A stretch of DNA of 64,000 bases from Polyangiaceae bacterium (GCA_044376115.1 JBILLK010000013.1:160001-224000), one strand, 5' to 3'; positions 40,096-50,691 are shown, counted from the first letter of the stretch. The notes: a model not told the origin generated them from the letters alone. Numbers and translations are program-made.

Positions 40096-41076
40096 CTAAA
40101 ACCGACCTTCGACCCCGAGCCCCAGCGGGCCAACCCGCAACGACACCGTGGGCTCGCTCGGCTCAGCGGCCGGCTCCGAACCCGCCTCACTCGCGGCCTC
40201 CTCGTCGCCCGGCTCGGTGAGGACGATCACCAAGCCGACGGTGAAGGCCGCTGCGCCGGTGGCGAACAGCACGTTGGTTAGGTTCGCAAACAGCTCCGCC
40301 TCCGTACGAAGGTCCGAATCACAGTCACGCTGCGTCGGGCAGGTGTCCTCCAACTCGCTGCGTTTGGACCACGCAAAGCCCGTCGTCACGCCCCCGGCCA
40401 GCCCCGCCGCGATGCCAAACGCGCCCGTCGTCAACCCGGCGATCATGCGCCCAGAGATCGGCTTGGACACAACCGTGGGCTCGGGCTCCGGCGGCTTGTC
40501 CGCGAGCGGCGGTAAGAGCACGTTGGTGAGGTCCTTCGGTTTGGCGGTGAACGGCACCTCGATCGGCAGCTTGCCCGGCGCCTCGAGCTTGACCACCTGC
40601 GGCCCCGGATCGATCGGCAGCTTGGCGCCCAGGCTGTCCTTGGTCGAGCTGATGCCGCCACGGAGAATGCTCAGCCCTTCGGGTGGATCGACCATCGAGA
40701 GACGCACATACGCAAGCTCGGGCTCGAGCTTCTTGGCCTCGCCATCGGCAAACACAGCGCGACGCTCGTCGTTGCGGCGGCGAAACTCGCGAGCGGTCTC
40801 GAGGAACTCTCCCCACGCAGTGGCGGTCTTGCCCTCGAGCCGGTGACACTCCGCGATGTTGAGCAGCGTGCCGGGCGCAGCATCGAGCCGGTAACTCTCA
40901 GCGAACATCGGGCAGGCGTCAGCGCGATTACCCTGATCCATCATCGTGCGGGCGCGCTTGAAGAGCGCCTCCGCGGCAGCTGGATCTCGTTTGGGCTCGG
41001 CCTGCGCCCACGCCTCACCCACAGGCAACGCCATGCCCAGCCCAACCAGCATCAAAAACAATGCGCGACTAACCAT
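40096..41076 (-). CDS. TPR/PEGA-type myxobacterial exported protein
   Basis: AAAEALF..AR..M..G...ACPMFAESYRLDAAPGTLLNIAEC; C-terminal TM pair and ..GLGVEGRF end; ATG overlaps the upstream TAG. Confidence 0.78.
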   Translation of the reverse strand: MVSRALFLMLVGLGMALPVGEAWAQAEPKRDPAAAEALFKRARTMMDQGNRADACPMFAESYRLDAAPGTLLNIAECHRLEGKTATAWGEFLETAREFRRRNDERRAVFADGEAKKLEPELAYVRLSMVDPPEGLSILRGGISSTKDSLGAKLPIDPGPQVVKLEAPGKLPIEVPFTAKPKDLTNVLLPPLADKPPEPEPTVVSKPISGRMIAGLTTGAFGIAAGLAGGVTTGFAWSKRSELEDTCPTQRDCDSDLRTEAELFANLTNVLFATGAAAFTVGLVIVLTEPGDEEAASEAGSEPAAEPSEPTVSLRVGPLGLGVEGRF

Positions 41077-42283
41077 CGAGTTCCATCGGGGCACGTACTG
41101 CAACGCGGATCGTGAAGGCAGCGCCGGGAAGCGCGACACCTTCAATCACTTGAGAAGAGGGGCTCTCGATGCGGACGTCTCCACCCAAGCCTCGACAGGT
41201 GCGGCGCACGATCGCCAGACCGACACCGACACCTCCCTGCTCGCGGGTGACCGAGCCATCCACTTGGATGAACGGCTCGAAGATGCGCTCGAAGTCGCCC
41301 ACCGCGATGCCGCCCCCCGAATCAGCCACACACAGCTCGTAGGCGCTGGCCGTGCGTGTAACGCGGACGCCCACAGCGCCGTGTTCGGGCGTGAACTTCG
41401 CCGCGTTCTCCAGCACGTGCACCATCGCGCGTTGCAACCGATCTGGATCGCCGTAGCCGGGCAGCGGGCCGCGCGGTAGCTCCTCGACCAAGGTCTGGTT
41501 TCGCTCGGCGAAGCGATCCGCGACGCTGGCGATCGCGCGCCGGGTGGTGTCGAGGAAATCGTACTCACGCAGGGCAAAACGCAGCCGGCCGGTCTCGAGC
41601 CCAGTGACGTCGAGCAGGTTGTCGAGCACGGCGCGCAGCCGCTTTACGCAACCATCCATCGCCACCAGCGCCTTGTGCTGGCCCTTCGTCACCGGACCGA
41701 GATCCTCGTCGACGAGCAGCTTGAGGTAACCGACGATCGGCGTCATTGGCGTGGCCAGCTCGTGGCTGATGTTGCGATAAAATTCGGTGCGGGCCAACGA
41801 AAGCTCGCGAAGTCGGGCATTGGCCGACGAGAGCTCGGCGATCTTCAGCTCGAGGTGCCCGACGATGCGCTGACTCTGCTCGCGCAGCATCTTCTCCTCG
41901 AGATCCGCCGACGAGGGCATCTCGCGAGCACCGCGCAGGTAGCGGGCGATCAAATTGGCGAAGGTGCGCGCCTCGATCGGCTTTTGGATGAAGCCGGTAC
42001 AGCCAACGGCCAGGCTCGTATCGCGATCGCCCTCGGCGGTGATCGCCACGATCGGCACGCGGCCCAAGGAGGCCTCGCCGCGCAAGCGCAACGTCACTTC
42101 GAAGCCGTTGAGGCCAGGAATGTTGAGATCGACGAGCACGAGATCCGGCTTGATCGCGCAGGCGAGCCGCACGCCCTCAATACCGTCCCCGGCGTCAATG
42201 ACCTCGTGGCCGGCCGAACTCAGGAGCTTGCGCACCAAAAGGCGGTTGGCAGCATCGTCTTCGATGTGCAGGATTCGCGACAT
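41069..42283 (-). CDS. Hybrid response regulator-sensor histidine kinase
   Basis: REC domain (ILHIEDD..PDLVLVDLNIPG..KP); H-box ISHELATPMT; N-box ENAAKFT; DSGGG; GVGVGL. Confidence 0.92.
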   Translation of the reverse strand: MSRILHIEDDAANRLLVRKLLSSAGHEVIDAGDGIEGVRLACAIKPDLVLVDLNIPGLNGFEVTLRLRGEASLGRVPIVAITAEGDRDTSLAVGCTGFIQKPIEARTFANLIARYLRGAREMPSSADLEEKMLREQSQRIVGHLELKIAELSSANARLRELSLARTEFYRNISHELATPMTPIVGYLKLLVDEDLGPVTKGQHKALVAMDGCVKRLRAVLDNLLDVTGLETGRLRFALREYDFLDTTRRAIASVADRFAERNQTLVEELPRGPLPGYGDPDRLQRAMVHVLENAAKFTPEHGAVGVRVTRTASAYELCVADSGGGIAVGDFERIFEPFIQVDGSVTREQGGVGVGLAIVRRTCRGLGGDVRIESPSSQVIEGVALPGAAFTIRVAVRAPMELDG

Positions 42284-42320
42284 GGTGGCGCTTGGAAAGC
42301 GGGGCCGAGCGTACCCTCCT

Positions 42321-43835
42321 TTGCACGGAACAGCCACCGCCTGGTGGAGCGGCCTCACCTTGGCCGCCACGACCGGCGTTGCAGCCGGCTTCGCGCTTTC
42401 GGTCGAGGCCACTCCGATCGTGGGGCTTTTCGCGTGGGCGCCGCTATTTCTAGCGCTGCGAGGCGCAACCGCGGCGCGCGCGTTGGTTCAAGGCTGCACA
42501 GCGGGCCTGCTCTTGACGCTGATTTCGACGAGCTTCGTTTTGGACAGCGCCGCAGCCTATTTTGGTTCGGCTTTCGTCGGCGTTTTGGCGTGGACTGCGG
42601 GTTCGCTGCTGGTTTCACTCGGCGTTGGGCTCGCCTGCGCGTTGGGCTGCCTCCTCGGGCGCGCACGGCAAAGCGAGGCGCTGCTCGCATCCCTCGCCCT
42701 CACGGCGTTCGAACGCGTTTGGCCGCACCCCCTTCCCTATCCCTTCGGCATGACGCTCGTGCCGTGGGGACCGCTCGTGCGCGGCGCGGCCGTCTTCGGG
42801 GTCAGCGGGCTTTCGCTGGCGGTCTTCCTCGTCGGGGCGGCTACGGCGAGCCTCGCGCATCGGCTGCAGAATCGGCGGGCGACGCCCTCGCGTATCACCG
42901 AATTCGCAGCAGCAGCGGCGCTCGCGAGCCTGCTCGTTGGCGGTGCGTTCACGTCGTCGACGTCGCTCGCGAGCCGCCCGCTGCGCGTGCGCCTCGCGGG
43001 CTCAGCGCGACCAGCCGAGCAAGCGACGGCATCGGTGACCGGCCCGAGCGAGCCGCAACCCATCGACCTTTTGGTGCTGCCCGAATCCACCTTCGAGCAG
43101 ACGTTGGCGGCCGAAGACCTCGGCCCGCTGGTGGAAGCGTTGCTCGGGCCGGAGCACCCTGCGGTGCTGGTTGGCAGCTCGGTGCGGGAAGGCGGCAGCA
43201 CCTTCAACCGCGCGCTGCTCGTGGTGCCCGGCGGCGCAATGCGCCGTTACGACAAGCGTCAACTGCTGCCTTTCGCCGAACGCGGCGTGCCTTTCGCGAG
43301 CAGCGCCGACTACACGCCGGGCGAGCGAGCCGAGATCATGAGCGTCGAGGGGACGCCTTTTGCGACGAGCATTTGTTACGAGAGCCTGTTTGGCGAACCG
43401 ACGCGCGCAGCGTTACGCAGGGTGAACGGCCGCTTCCTCGTGAACCTGGCGAACGACGGCTGGTTCAACGACGCACGCCCAATCGAGGCGCAAATTCGCG
43501 CGTTGCAACTGCGCGCGATCGAAAACGGCGTACCGGTCGTGCGCGCGGCCCGTCAGGGCGTGAGTGTGGCCATCGCTGCCGACGGCACCCTGGCGGCGCG
43601 CTCCTCGCGCGGTGAGGACCTCGACGTGGAGCTGAGTCCGCAGGCGGCGGGTACGCTCTATGCGCGCTTCGGCGATGGGCCGCTACTACTTGCGGGGACC
43701 CTGCTCGTCGGCTGGCTGATCCGCCAGAGGTGGATACAGCAAACAGCTCGACGAGCGAACCGACTCTCGGCGGAAGGCCCGCAGCTCCTTGGAAGGGAGC
43801 GCCAGCCGAACGTCGGTCAGGCGGGGGTTTTGTAA
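42321..43835 (+). CDS. lnt: Apolipoprotein N-acyltransferase (start uncertain)
   Basis: Multi-TM N-terminus; nitrilase triad motifs LPES, YDKRQLLPFAE, ICYESLF; NLANDGWF; RAIENG. Confidence 0.85.
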   Translation: MHGTATAWWSGLTLAATTGVAAGFALSVEATPIVGLFAWAPLFLALRGATAARALVQGCTAGLLLTLISTSFVLDSAAAYFGSAFVGVLAWTAGSLLVSLGVGLACALGCLLGRARQSEALLASLALTAFERVWPHPLPYPFGMTLVPWGPLVRGAAVFGVSGLSLAVFLVGAATASLAHRLQNRRATPSRITEFAAAAALASLLVGGAFTSSTSLASRPLRVRLAGSARPAEQATASVTGPSEPQPIDLLVLPESTFEQTLAAEDLGPLVEALLGPEHPAVLVGSSVREGGSTFNRALLVVPGGAMRRYDKRQLLPFAERGVPFASSADYTPGERAEIMSVEGTPFATSICYESLFGEPTRAALRRVNGRFLVNLANDGWFNDARPIEAQIRALQLRAIENGVPVVRAARQGVSVAIAADGTLAARSSRGEDLDVELSPQAAGTLYARFGDGPLLLAGTLLVGWLIRQRWIQQTARRANRLSAEGPQLLGRERQPNVGQAGVL

Positions 43836-44461
43836 GCCTTCTTGAAGCGCTTGGCGTCCGCGAACATGTCGTCATTCGTGAACACGTAGGTCGCGAACTC
43901 GTGTTTGGCGTTGCGGGCGAGCTCAGCCAACCGCTCGATCGCCGGGTCTTCGTAGCGAGACTTGCGACCAGCAGGGCCGTGAAGCCGGTAGTAGGCCTCC
44001 TTCAGCTTGGAGATGCCTTGCGTCAGCGGATCCCGCGAGGAAAGAGCGCCGACCTCGTGCGCGAGGTTGTCACACTCATCCGAGTCCCAGCCGGGGCCGG
44101 GCTCAAAAACCACCCGCTCGAACCGCTTTTTGACCGAGGCCAAAAACTCCTGCAGCGTGGCCTTGTTGGCGCGGTTCTGTTGGAACTCGGGCGGACCGAT
44201 GAAAACCGCCGTCTTCGCGTTGAGCTCGGTGCCGATGCCTTCCAACGTCTTCAAAGCAGTTTCGATGACCTTTCCGCCTCGAAACCCTTCCTGACCGATG
44301 TCCCTCGCACCCAGCAGAGCGAAATTGAAGTCGCCCGGCGCCTCGCGCTTCCAACGCCGAACTGTTCCCTGCCCAGGCGTTTCCTGGACTTCGACGAACA
44401 TGAACTCTTTGAAGTAACGCGTTGGCGGGACCGGAAACCCAGCGCACCCGACCATTATCAT
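43817..44461 (-). CDS. DUF72-family protein
   Basis: VGCAGF, FVEVQE, VFEP, YYRLHG, YVFTN..MFADAKRF. Confidence 0.75.
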   Translation of the reverse strand: MIMVGCAGFPVPPTRYFKEFMFVEVQETPGQGTVRRWKREAPGDFNFALLGARDIGQEGFRGGKVIETALKTLEGIGTELNAKTAVFIGPPEFQQNRANKATLQEFLASVKKRFERVVFEPGPGWDSDECDNLAHEVGALSSRDPLTQGISKLKEAYYRLHGPAGRKSRYEDPAIERLAELARNAKHEFATYVFTNDDMFADAKRFKKAYKTPA

Positions 44462-44516
44462 TGTGCGTCGCACCTTACTGCACATCGCGGCGAAGAACAA
44501 ACGACTCGTGCAGCGA

Positions 44517-45992
44517 TCATCGACTGACAGCCCCTCCCCGCTTCGACTTGCGAGCGGTTCCTGCGGCGGGTGGTGGCTTCAAGCGAGAAGCCTCGCGCTT
44601 CTTCACTAGCCGGTCATGCCGCTTACTGACGAGCGCCTCGGCCTCGCCGGTGCCCTCACGTAACACCAACAGCGCTCGGTCGAAGTCTTTGGCGTGATGC
44701 TCGTAAAGCTTCACGAGCTCTTTGCGCACCGCACGCGTGGCGAGCGAAAGCGGCTGGTCGAGCGGGTCCTCGTCGCGCAACAAGGCAGCCAACGCCTGTT
44801 CATAGCGGTGAAGCGCGGCCGCCTTGTCACCACGGGTACGTGCGACCTCTGCGGCTACCGAGAGCGCGCCGCCCGAGGCGCTCTTCTCCAGCGCGACGCT
44901 CGACCAGCTTGCTGCGCGTTCAACCGCTCGTACTTTGGACCGAGCTTCATCGGGAAGCGCCGCGTCCTCCGCGCGTTGCTCCCCGAACTTTTCGCGCAGC
45001 GCGCGCGTACCGACGATCTTGTTGGCCACGCGCGCAGCCATCGCCAGATCCTCCGGGTGGACGCCCTGCTCGAGCGCCTCACCGTAAAGGCCCACCAGAC
45101 TGATCATGCTCAGCACGTCGAGCTCGTTGTGCTCGAGCACACCGGCCAGCACGTCCCCGTCCCCAGTGCGCACGTAGTGCCAATAGATCGCCGCGATCTC
45201 AGCGCCCTCGACGTCGCCCACGCGATCACGCCCGAGCACCTGTGACTCGATGCTCTTGAGCGAACAGGAGCTGAGCCGATGGCGGTGGAGCCTGCGAGCC
45301 ACATGCAACAAATCCAAATGCACCGGCTCGGAGAGCGGCCTCACCCGATTGAGCACCGCCCGCGAACGAAGCAGCGGCAAATCGAAGGTTTTGCCGTTGT
45401 AGGTGATGACGCAGCTGGCCGCGCGCAGCCGCCGTTCGAGGTGCAGCAACATCGCTCGCTCTTCAGCGAAGGTCCGCAACAGCACCTGCTCGACCACGAA
45501 GTGTTCACCCTCGTGGTACGCGAGCCCGAGCAGAAACGGCACCGTCCCGGTTCCGCCCATCAGCCCGGTGGTCTCGGTGTCGAGGTAAAGCGCGCGGCTG
45601 AAATCCGTCTCGGCGAGGCCCGGCTCGAGCGCGAGCAACGCGAGAATGGTTGGGTCCGCCTGCAAGGCGCCCCAGAGCGGCGCGTGGCCCACGCGATGGC
45701 TCAGCGGAGCTTTGCGACGACGTACAAACAGCCGCTCGTCTTCTTCGCCCACAGTCTCGTAGGCAAACTCGACCAGCGCCTCGCTGACGAAGGGCAGCAC
45801 CTCTTCGGTATCGGTGCGCTCGGCGTAGGGCTGATCTTCATCGAGCAGGCCGGGGTTGGGCTGCAACAAGCTCTGAATGCGCTCGCGCAAGGCCTGCAAC
45901 GTGGGCACGTTGGGCTTGCTGTTTGGGCCAGCCTCTTTGAGGGGCGGAAGCGCCTCCAGCTTGCTCGCGAACTTGGACACCTTACCAGCCAT
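44517..45992 (-). CDS. YprB/MrfB-like RNase H-fold exonuclease with TPR-like C-terminus
   Basis: LYLDTETTGLMGGTGT..FLLG, TYNGKTFDLPLL, HLDLLH.ARR, HNELDVLS; ELVKLYEHHAKD. Confidence 0.85.
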   Translation of the reverse strand: MAGKVSKFASKLEALPPLKEAGPNSKPNVPTLQALRERIQSLLQPNPGLLDEDQPYAERTDTEEVLPFVSEALVEFAYETVGEEDERLFVRRRKAPLSHRVGHAPLWGALQADPTILALLALEPGLAETDFSRALYLDTETTGLMGGTGTVPFLLGLAYHEGEHFVVEQVLLRTFAEERAMLLHLERRLRAASCVITYNGKTFDLPLLRSRAVLNRVRPLSEPVHLDLLHVARRLHRHRLSSCSLKSIESQVLGRDRVGDVEGAEIAAIYWHYVRTGDGDVLAGVLEHNELDVLSMISLVGLYGEALEQGVHPEDLAMAARVANKIVGTRALREKFGEQRAEDAALPDEARSKVRAVERAASWSSVALEKSASGGALSVAAEVARTRGDKAAALHRYEQALAALLRDEDPLDQPLSLATRAVRKELVKLYEHHAKDFDRALLVLREGTGEAEALVSKRHDRLVKKREASRLKPPPAAGTARKSKRGGAVSR

Positions 45993-46065
45993 GCACGGCC
46001 GGCTAGAGTGATGGGATGTTCAGGTCCCGTCAACAGAGAAGGCTGGGATCCCTGCGGCTCTCGTC

Positions 46066-46674
46066 TCAATAGAATTGGACGCAGCAAGAGTCCTGCATCA
46101 CGCAGCCGACTTCAGCCGTGTCCTGGCACGTGCCGAGCTCAACCTCGTCGACGAAGCAACGGCAGCTGAAGGTGAAGTCTGCGTTCTCTTCGCATTCAAT
46201 CGAGGCGGCTTGCCCGTTGAGACATTGACCGGTGCTGCCGCAACCTGAACCGCCACCCGTGAACACCGAAGACGTACACAAGGTCGGGGAGTGTTTGGCA
46301 AGACAAGAACTCACCGACGCAGCCTCCGCCACGCAGACGTCGTCAGGAGCGTCGCAAACCTCGTCGAAGTACGGAGTCCGACACTCAACCGCGGCGTTCA
46401 ACTCCTCGAGGCAATTTTTCTCGACAGCGTTGCAGTACTTGACGCAATCCGGGGTCGCACACACCGGAAGCTCGCACGCCTGCTCGCACAGCGTCGGCCC
46501 CGAGCCACCGTCCCCAACGCTCCCACCCTCACTGGCTTGCCCGCCGGAGCCGGAGCCGCCGGCTCCACCGCCTCCAGCGTCAACGAGCACGTCGCTTGAG
46601 CAGCTTGCAAGAGCCCAGCTGCATAAAAGAAGAAGGCCGAAACGGACGATTTGGCTGTGCTCACTCGCGCGCAT
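46066..46674 (-). CDS. Cys-rich hypothetical lipoprotein
   Basis: LASC lipobox, Gly linker, many Cys. Confidence 0.7.
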   Translation of the reverse strand: MRASEHSQIVRFGLLLLCSWALASCSSDVLVDAGGGGAGGSGSGGQASEGGSVGDGGSGPTLCEQACELPVCATPDCVKYCNAVEKNCLEELNAAVECRTPYFDEVCDAPDDVCVAEAASVSSCLAKHSPTLCTSSVFTGGGSGCGSTGQCLNGQAASIECEENADFTFSCRCFVDEVELGTCQDTAEVGCVMQDSCCVQFY

Positions 46675-46788
46675 GCCGACGATCTAGTCGACCCGCCGAC
46701 GTCACGAGAAGCGGTAGAATGCACCGCAGCCGCAAAAGCGATGTCCTGGACTTCACGCTGTTCGGTCCAAACAGAGTGGCACGCTTCG

Positions 46789-47400
46789 CTAGGCACGGTC
46801 GACAGAGAAGGCTCGCAGCCTAGGCATGAGCCCATCGACGGCTGCCTCGAGCTCGGCCAGCGATCCCTCGTTCCATAGGACGAGATCGGCGCGTTCGAGT
46901 TTGCGCTCGAGCGGCCATTGGGCCGCGAGCCGCGCTTGCGCAGCCTCTTGCTCCAGCCCGTCGCGAGCCATCAGCCGCTGTTGCTGTTGCTCGGGCTTGA
47001 GCGCCACCAGCACCGATGGTCGGAACACGGCGTCGAGGCCGTTCTCGAACAACAGCGGAACTTCGTAGCCAATCAGCTCGTCGCCGCGAGCGGCGTGCTC
47101 AGCGAATCGTTCGCGTGATAACTCCGCCACCCGCGGATGCACGATGCCGTTGAGCAGCTTGCGCTGTTCGGCATCGGCGAACACGCGCGCGGCGACGGCC
47201 TTGCGATCGAGCGAGCCATCCGCCGCGAGCACGCCCTCGCCAAACGCGCTGACGATCTGCGCGAGGGCGAGCGACCCGGGCGCGACCGCCTCGCGAGCAA
47301 GCTGATCGGCGTCGACCATCGGGATACCGTGGCCCACGATCAACCGCGCGACCGTGCTCTTACCGCTGGCGATACCGCCAGTCAGCCCGAAGACGCGCAC
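46789..47400 (-). CDS. coaE: Dephospho-CoA kinase
   Basis: GLTGGIASGKST, DADQLAR, LNGIVHPRV, EVPLLFE; GTG overlaps the upstream TAG. Confidence 0.95.
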   Translation of the reverse strand: MRVFGLTGGIASGKSTVARLIVGHGIPMVDADQLAREAVAPGSLALAQIVSAFGEGVLAADGSLDRKAVAARVFADAEQRKLLNGIVHPRVAELSRERFAEHAARGDELIGYEVPLLFENGLDAVFRPSVLVALKPEQQQQRLMARDGLEQEAAQARLAAQWPLERKLERADLVLWNEGSLAELEAAVDGLMPRLRAFSVDRA

Positions 47401-48053
47401 TAGACGGCCACACCTAGTTCGGCGCTGGTGGTGAGCAGACAGCCGGCCTCTTGCATCGCTGCTAGTGCGCGGCGTTCGCCCTCGGCCGTGATCGCGCGGA
47501 TACCGTCGGTGAGCACCGTTACTTCGTAACCGCGCTCCGCCAGCCCCAGCGCCGCAGCGCGCACGCAATAGTCGGTGGCGACGCCATACACGACGAAGCG
47601 ATAGGCGCGTGCCGCAGTGAGTTGCGCGAGCAGCGCCTCTGCGTTCGGGTTGGCAAACAGGCTGTACACCTCCTTCTCGAAGTAGAGGCCTTGTGTTGCG
47701 CCGGAGAGCAGCTCGCTCACGAGCGGCTCAACGGCGACGCCAGCGTGATTGGGCACGAAGCGAAAACGTTGGGGCAACGTGCCCTGGACCTTCAACCAGC
47801 CCGGGGTGCCTTTCACGCAGTGATCCGGGAAGTTGGGCTTTTCACCACTGGGCGCAGGCACCTGATTGGAGGCGAACTCCCAGGCGTCGTAGCTGTGTGA
47901 ATCCACGCTGCCCAGGATCGGCAGGCCGAACCGAACCGCCCAATCAGTCAAACGGCGGTAGAGGTCATTGGGCGAGCCGGCCACCGCGAGCGCGCCGTTG
48001 GGCTCGCAGAAATCAGCCTGAATGTCGACGTCGACGAAGATCAGGTTCTTCAC
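47400..48053 (-). CDS. pncA: Nicotinamidase (isochorismatase family)
   Basis: VDVDIQADFC..GAL, DSH, FPDHCVKGT, GVATDYCV; coupled to pncB. Confidence 0.88.
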   Translation of the reverse strand: MKNLIFVDVDIQADFCEPNGALAVAGSPNDLYRRLTDWAVRFGLPILGSVDSHSYDAWEFASNQVPAPSGEKPNFPDHCVKGTPGWLKVQGTLPQRFRFVPNHAGVAVEPLVSELLSGATQGLYFEKEVYSLFANPNAEALLAQLTAARAYRFVVYGVATDYCVRAAALGLAERGYEVTVLTDGIRAITAEGERRALAAMQEAGCLLTTSAELGVAV

Positions 48054-49435
48054 GAGGGCTCCTTGGCGCGCGCCTGACGTAGCTCTTCGACCAAGCGAGC
48101 TGTCGCCGAGGACACCTCCGCAACGAAGGGCGCTTCTCCCGGACCGAAGGGCTCATTGGAGCGCAGCGCATTCGGCAGCGATAGATGCTCACTAGCGACG
48201 TGCGTGCGTATTTGTTCGAGCGAACGACGCGGCCGTTTGCGTTCCCCGCCGGAGATCGCGCATTGCAGGAGGGCTACGGCTCGTTGCCCAGCCGCGAGCG
48301 TCGGGCTGTCTTCGCGCTCGAGCAAGATGATATCGCGCGCGATGCGATTCTCATCGTCGTAGATGCGCAGCACCTGATGCGCCGAGGGCAAGGTCGCTTT
48401 GCCTTCGGAGAACTTGGCGACCGGCATGCGCTCACCGCCGCGCTCGAGCTCCACCAGCTTGTAAACGCCCGACAGCCGCGGCGCATCCCCGCTGGTGACG
48501 AGCTCGGTGCCAACGCCGAACGAATCGATCGGGGCGCCGCTCTTCACCAACGCCGCAATCGAGTGCTCATCGAGATCGCCAGAGACGACCACCGCCGCGT
48601 CTTTGCAGCCCTGATCATCGAGCACCTTGCGCACGAGCACGCTGACCTTGCCGAGATCCCCCGAATCGATGCGCACGCCACGCAGCTTTTCACCGGCGAC
48701 GCGAGCGGCGCGCGCGGCACCGCGCACGGTGTCGTAGGTGTCGATCAAAAGGGTGCTGCTATCGGGGAAGACCGTGAAGTAGTTTTTGAAGGCCTCCTCC
48801 TCGGTCGCGTGCGCCATCGTCCACATATGCGCAGCCGTTCCCAAGACCGGCAAATCGAAGCGCACCCCGGCTTCAACGTTGCTGGTGCCCGCGAAGCCCA
48901 CCGCGCAAGCGATGCGCGCGCTGTCGATGGCAGCGTCCGGGTGAGTGCGCCGCGTGCCAAATTCGATTAGCCGCTTTCCTTCGGCGGAACGCACGATGCG
49001 CGAGGCCTTCGAGCCGATCATGGTCGAGTGGTTGACCACAGATAGCAGGTACGTCTCGATCAACTGCGCCTCGATGATCGGCGCGCGTACGCGCACCAAA
49101 GGCTCGTTATCGAACACCACCGTGCCCTCTTCCACTGCGAACACGTCGCCGCTGAAGCGGAAGTTCGAAAGGTAGTCGCAGAAGGCTGGCGTCATCGCCG
49201 AACGCAAGGCCGGGAGCTTCGACAGCGCGGCGATCTGCTCGCTCGAGAAGCGCAGCTCCAGCAGATAGTCGAGCACGCGCTCGATCCCCATCGCGAGCAA
49301 GTACCGACGCGTCTTTGGCAACCTGCGGATGAACATCTCGCAGGTGGCGACGTCGTTGCTTCGGCCGGCGTGGAAATAGCCGGCGGCCATCGTGAGTTGG
49401 TACAGGTCGAGAGCGAGCGTCGGGCTTCCGTTCAC
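48050..49435 (-). CDS. pncB: Nicotinate phosphoribosyltransferase
   Basis: DLYQLTM, EFGTRRTH, GTSNV, GTAAH, LIDTYD, VRIDSGDL, GVGT, GVYKLV. Confidence 0.95.
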   Translation of the reverse strand: MNGSPTLALDLYQLTMAAGYFHAGRSNDVATCEMFIRRLPKTRRYLLAMGIERVLDYLLELRFSSEQIAALSKLPALRSAMTPAFCDYLSNFRFSGDVFAVEEGTVVFDNEPLVRVRAPIIEAQLIETYLLSVVNHSTMIGSKASRIVRSAEGKRLIEFGTRRTHPDAAIDSARIACAVGFAGTSNVEAGVRFDLPVLGTAAHMWTMAHATEEEAFKNYFTVFPDSSTLLIDTYDTVRGAARAARVAGEKLRGVRIDSGDLGKVSVLVRKVLDDQGCKDAAVVVSGDLDEHSIAALVKSGAPIDSFGVGTELVTSGDAPRLSGVYKLVELERGGERMPVAKFSEGKATLPSAHQVLRIYDDENRIARDIILLEREDSPTLAAGQRAVALLQCAISGGERKRPRRSLEQIRTHVASEHLSLPNALRSNEPFGPGEAPFVAEVSSATARLVEELRQARAKEPS

Positions 49436-49449
49436 GGCGCCATGCTACA

Positions 49450-50691
49450 TCACGCAAGCTCCGAAAATGGGCCGGTGATCACGGCGGTGATGCCTCGCTG
49501 CTGCAGGTTCACGAAAAGCCGGTCTTTGATGAAGGTCACACCCGCAAGCTCACCTCCACCGGTATTCACCGCCAACGTCAGTAGCTGACCGCTCGGGCAG
49601 ACAACCGCGAGACCGTTGGGTAGAGAGCCGTCTTCCGCCAGAAAGACATGCCCGCTCGGAGCGACGCACAGGTTGTCCGGCATCTCCAACGAGTCACCGC
49701 CGGGGGCCTCCACCACCAAGCTCAGCAGGCCGCCATCCTTGCTCGGCGTAAGGCGAAAGACCTGCCCTTTGCCATGCCGACCTCCCGTCGTCGCGGTGAA
49801 GTAGATGTGCGTCTTTCCGTCGCGAACGTCGGTAAAGACGCCCTCCCCGCGACGGAAGGTGGTCGCGCCCGCCTTCGCGGCGCGCACGCGAAGATCATCC
49901 TTGGCCGCGTCCCAGCCGTTCACGTCGACCCACGACACCTCGAGCGAGTCGTTCGCGTTCAGCTTGTTGACGTCGATCTTCTCGCACGCCAGCGCCTGCA
50001 GCTGCCCATGGAACGGATTGTCCTTGGCCTCGGCCTTGAAGCGGTACAGGCAGCCGTCGCCCATGTCCTCGGTGAGGTAGGCATCGTACGTCGCCGGGTC
50101 GATCCCGACCGCCTCGTGTCGGAACCGACCGTAGGCCTCGACGCGTTTGGGAGGCTGCAGGTTGCTGGCGTTGCGATCACAGAGGAACACGAAGCCGTGG
50201 TCTCCCGCGGTGAACTCCTCGCAGCTGAGCCAGCCCCACGGGCTGGTACCGCCAGCGCAGTTGTTGGCCGTCCCCGTGAGCACCAAGTTCGACTCAAGCA
50301 ACGAGTTGTCCTGTTCGGCAAGGACCACGCGCGTCACCCCCCCGAACATGTTGCTCTTGTGCGCGAGCTGCGGCGCCGCTCGACCGGGGTATGCGGACAG
50401 CGGTTGATCGTCGGTGAGCTCGTGATTGCGCATCAAGATGATGCGGCCGTCTTCACTCCAGCTGGCCATGCCGTCGGGTTTGCCCGGCACCACGAAGCCG
50501 TCGCTCATGGTACTGCCCGACGAGTCGACGATCTGAGCCGAGAAGCCGTCACGCAAGCGGAAGTCCGGGACCGCCGAGGAACGCAGCGACTTGAGCGACT
50601 CGCTGCGTCGACTACGGAAGTAAAGCGGCAGAGCGACGCCCAGGGCAGCTGCACCACCCACGCCGAACCACGCGCGCCTCGAGAGCTTCAC
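49450..50691 (-). CDS. phoX: Tat-exported PhoX/DUF839-family alkaline phosphatase
   Basis: SRRAWF Tat signal; PDGM, RNHE, NCAGG.SPWG.WLSCEE, GRFRHEA, RRGEG, MPDNL, AEDG, ELAG. Confidence 0.8.
   Translation of the reverse strand: MKLSRRAWFGVGGAAALGVALPLYFRSRRSESLKSLRSSAVPDFRLRDGFSAQIVDSSGSTMSDGFVVPGKPDGMASWSEDGRIILMRNHELTDDQPLSAYPGRAAPQLAHKSNMFGGVTRVVLAEQDNSLLESNLVLTGTANNCAGGTSPWGWLSCEEFTAGDHGFVFLCDRNASNLQPPKRVEAYGRFRHEAVGIDPATYDAYLTEDMGDGCLYRFKAEAKDNPFHGQLQALACEKIDVNKLNANDSLEVSWVDVNGWDAAKDDLRVRAAKAGATTFRRGEGVFTDVRDGKTHIYFTATTGGRHGKGQVFRLTPSKDGGLLSLVVEAPGGDSLEMPDNLCVAPSGHVFLAEDGSLPNGLAVVCPSGQLLTLAVNTGGGELAGVTFIKDRLFVNLQQRGITAVITGPFSELA

Noticed and set aside
41955..42320. Long N-terminal extension of lnt
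   Set aside because: Overlaps the divergent hybrid kinase gene on the opposite strand; the real start is near 42321
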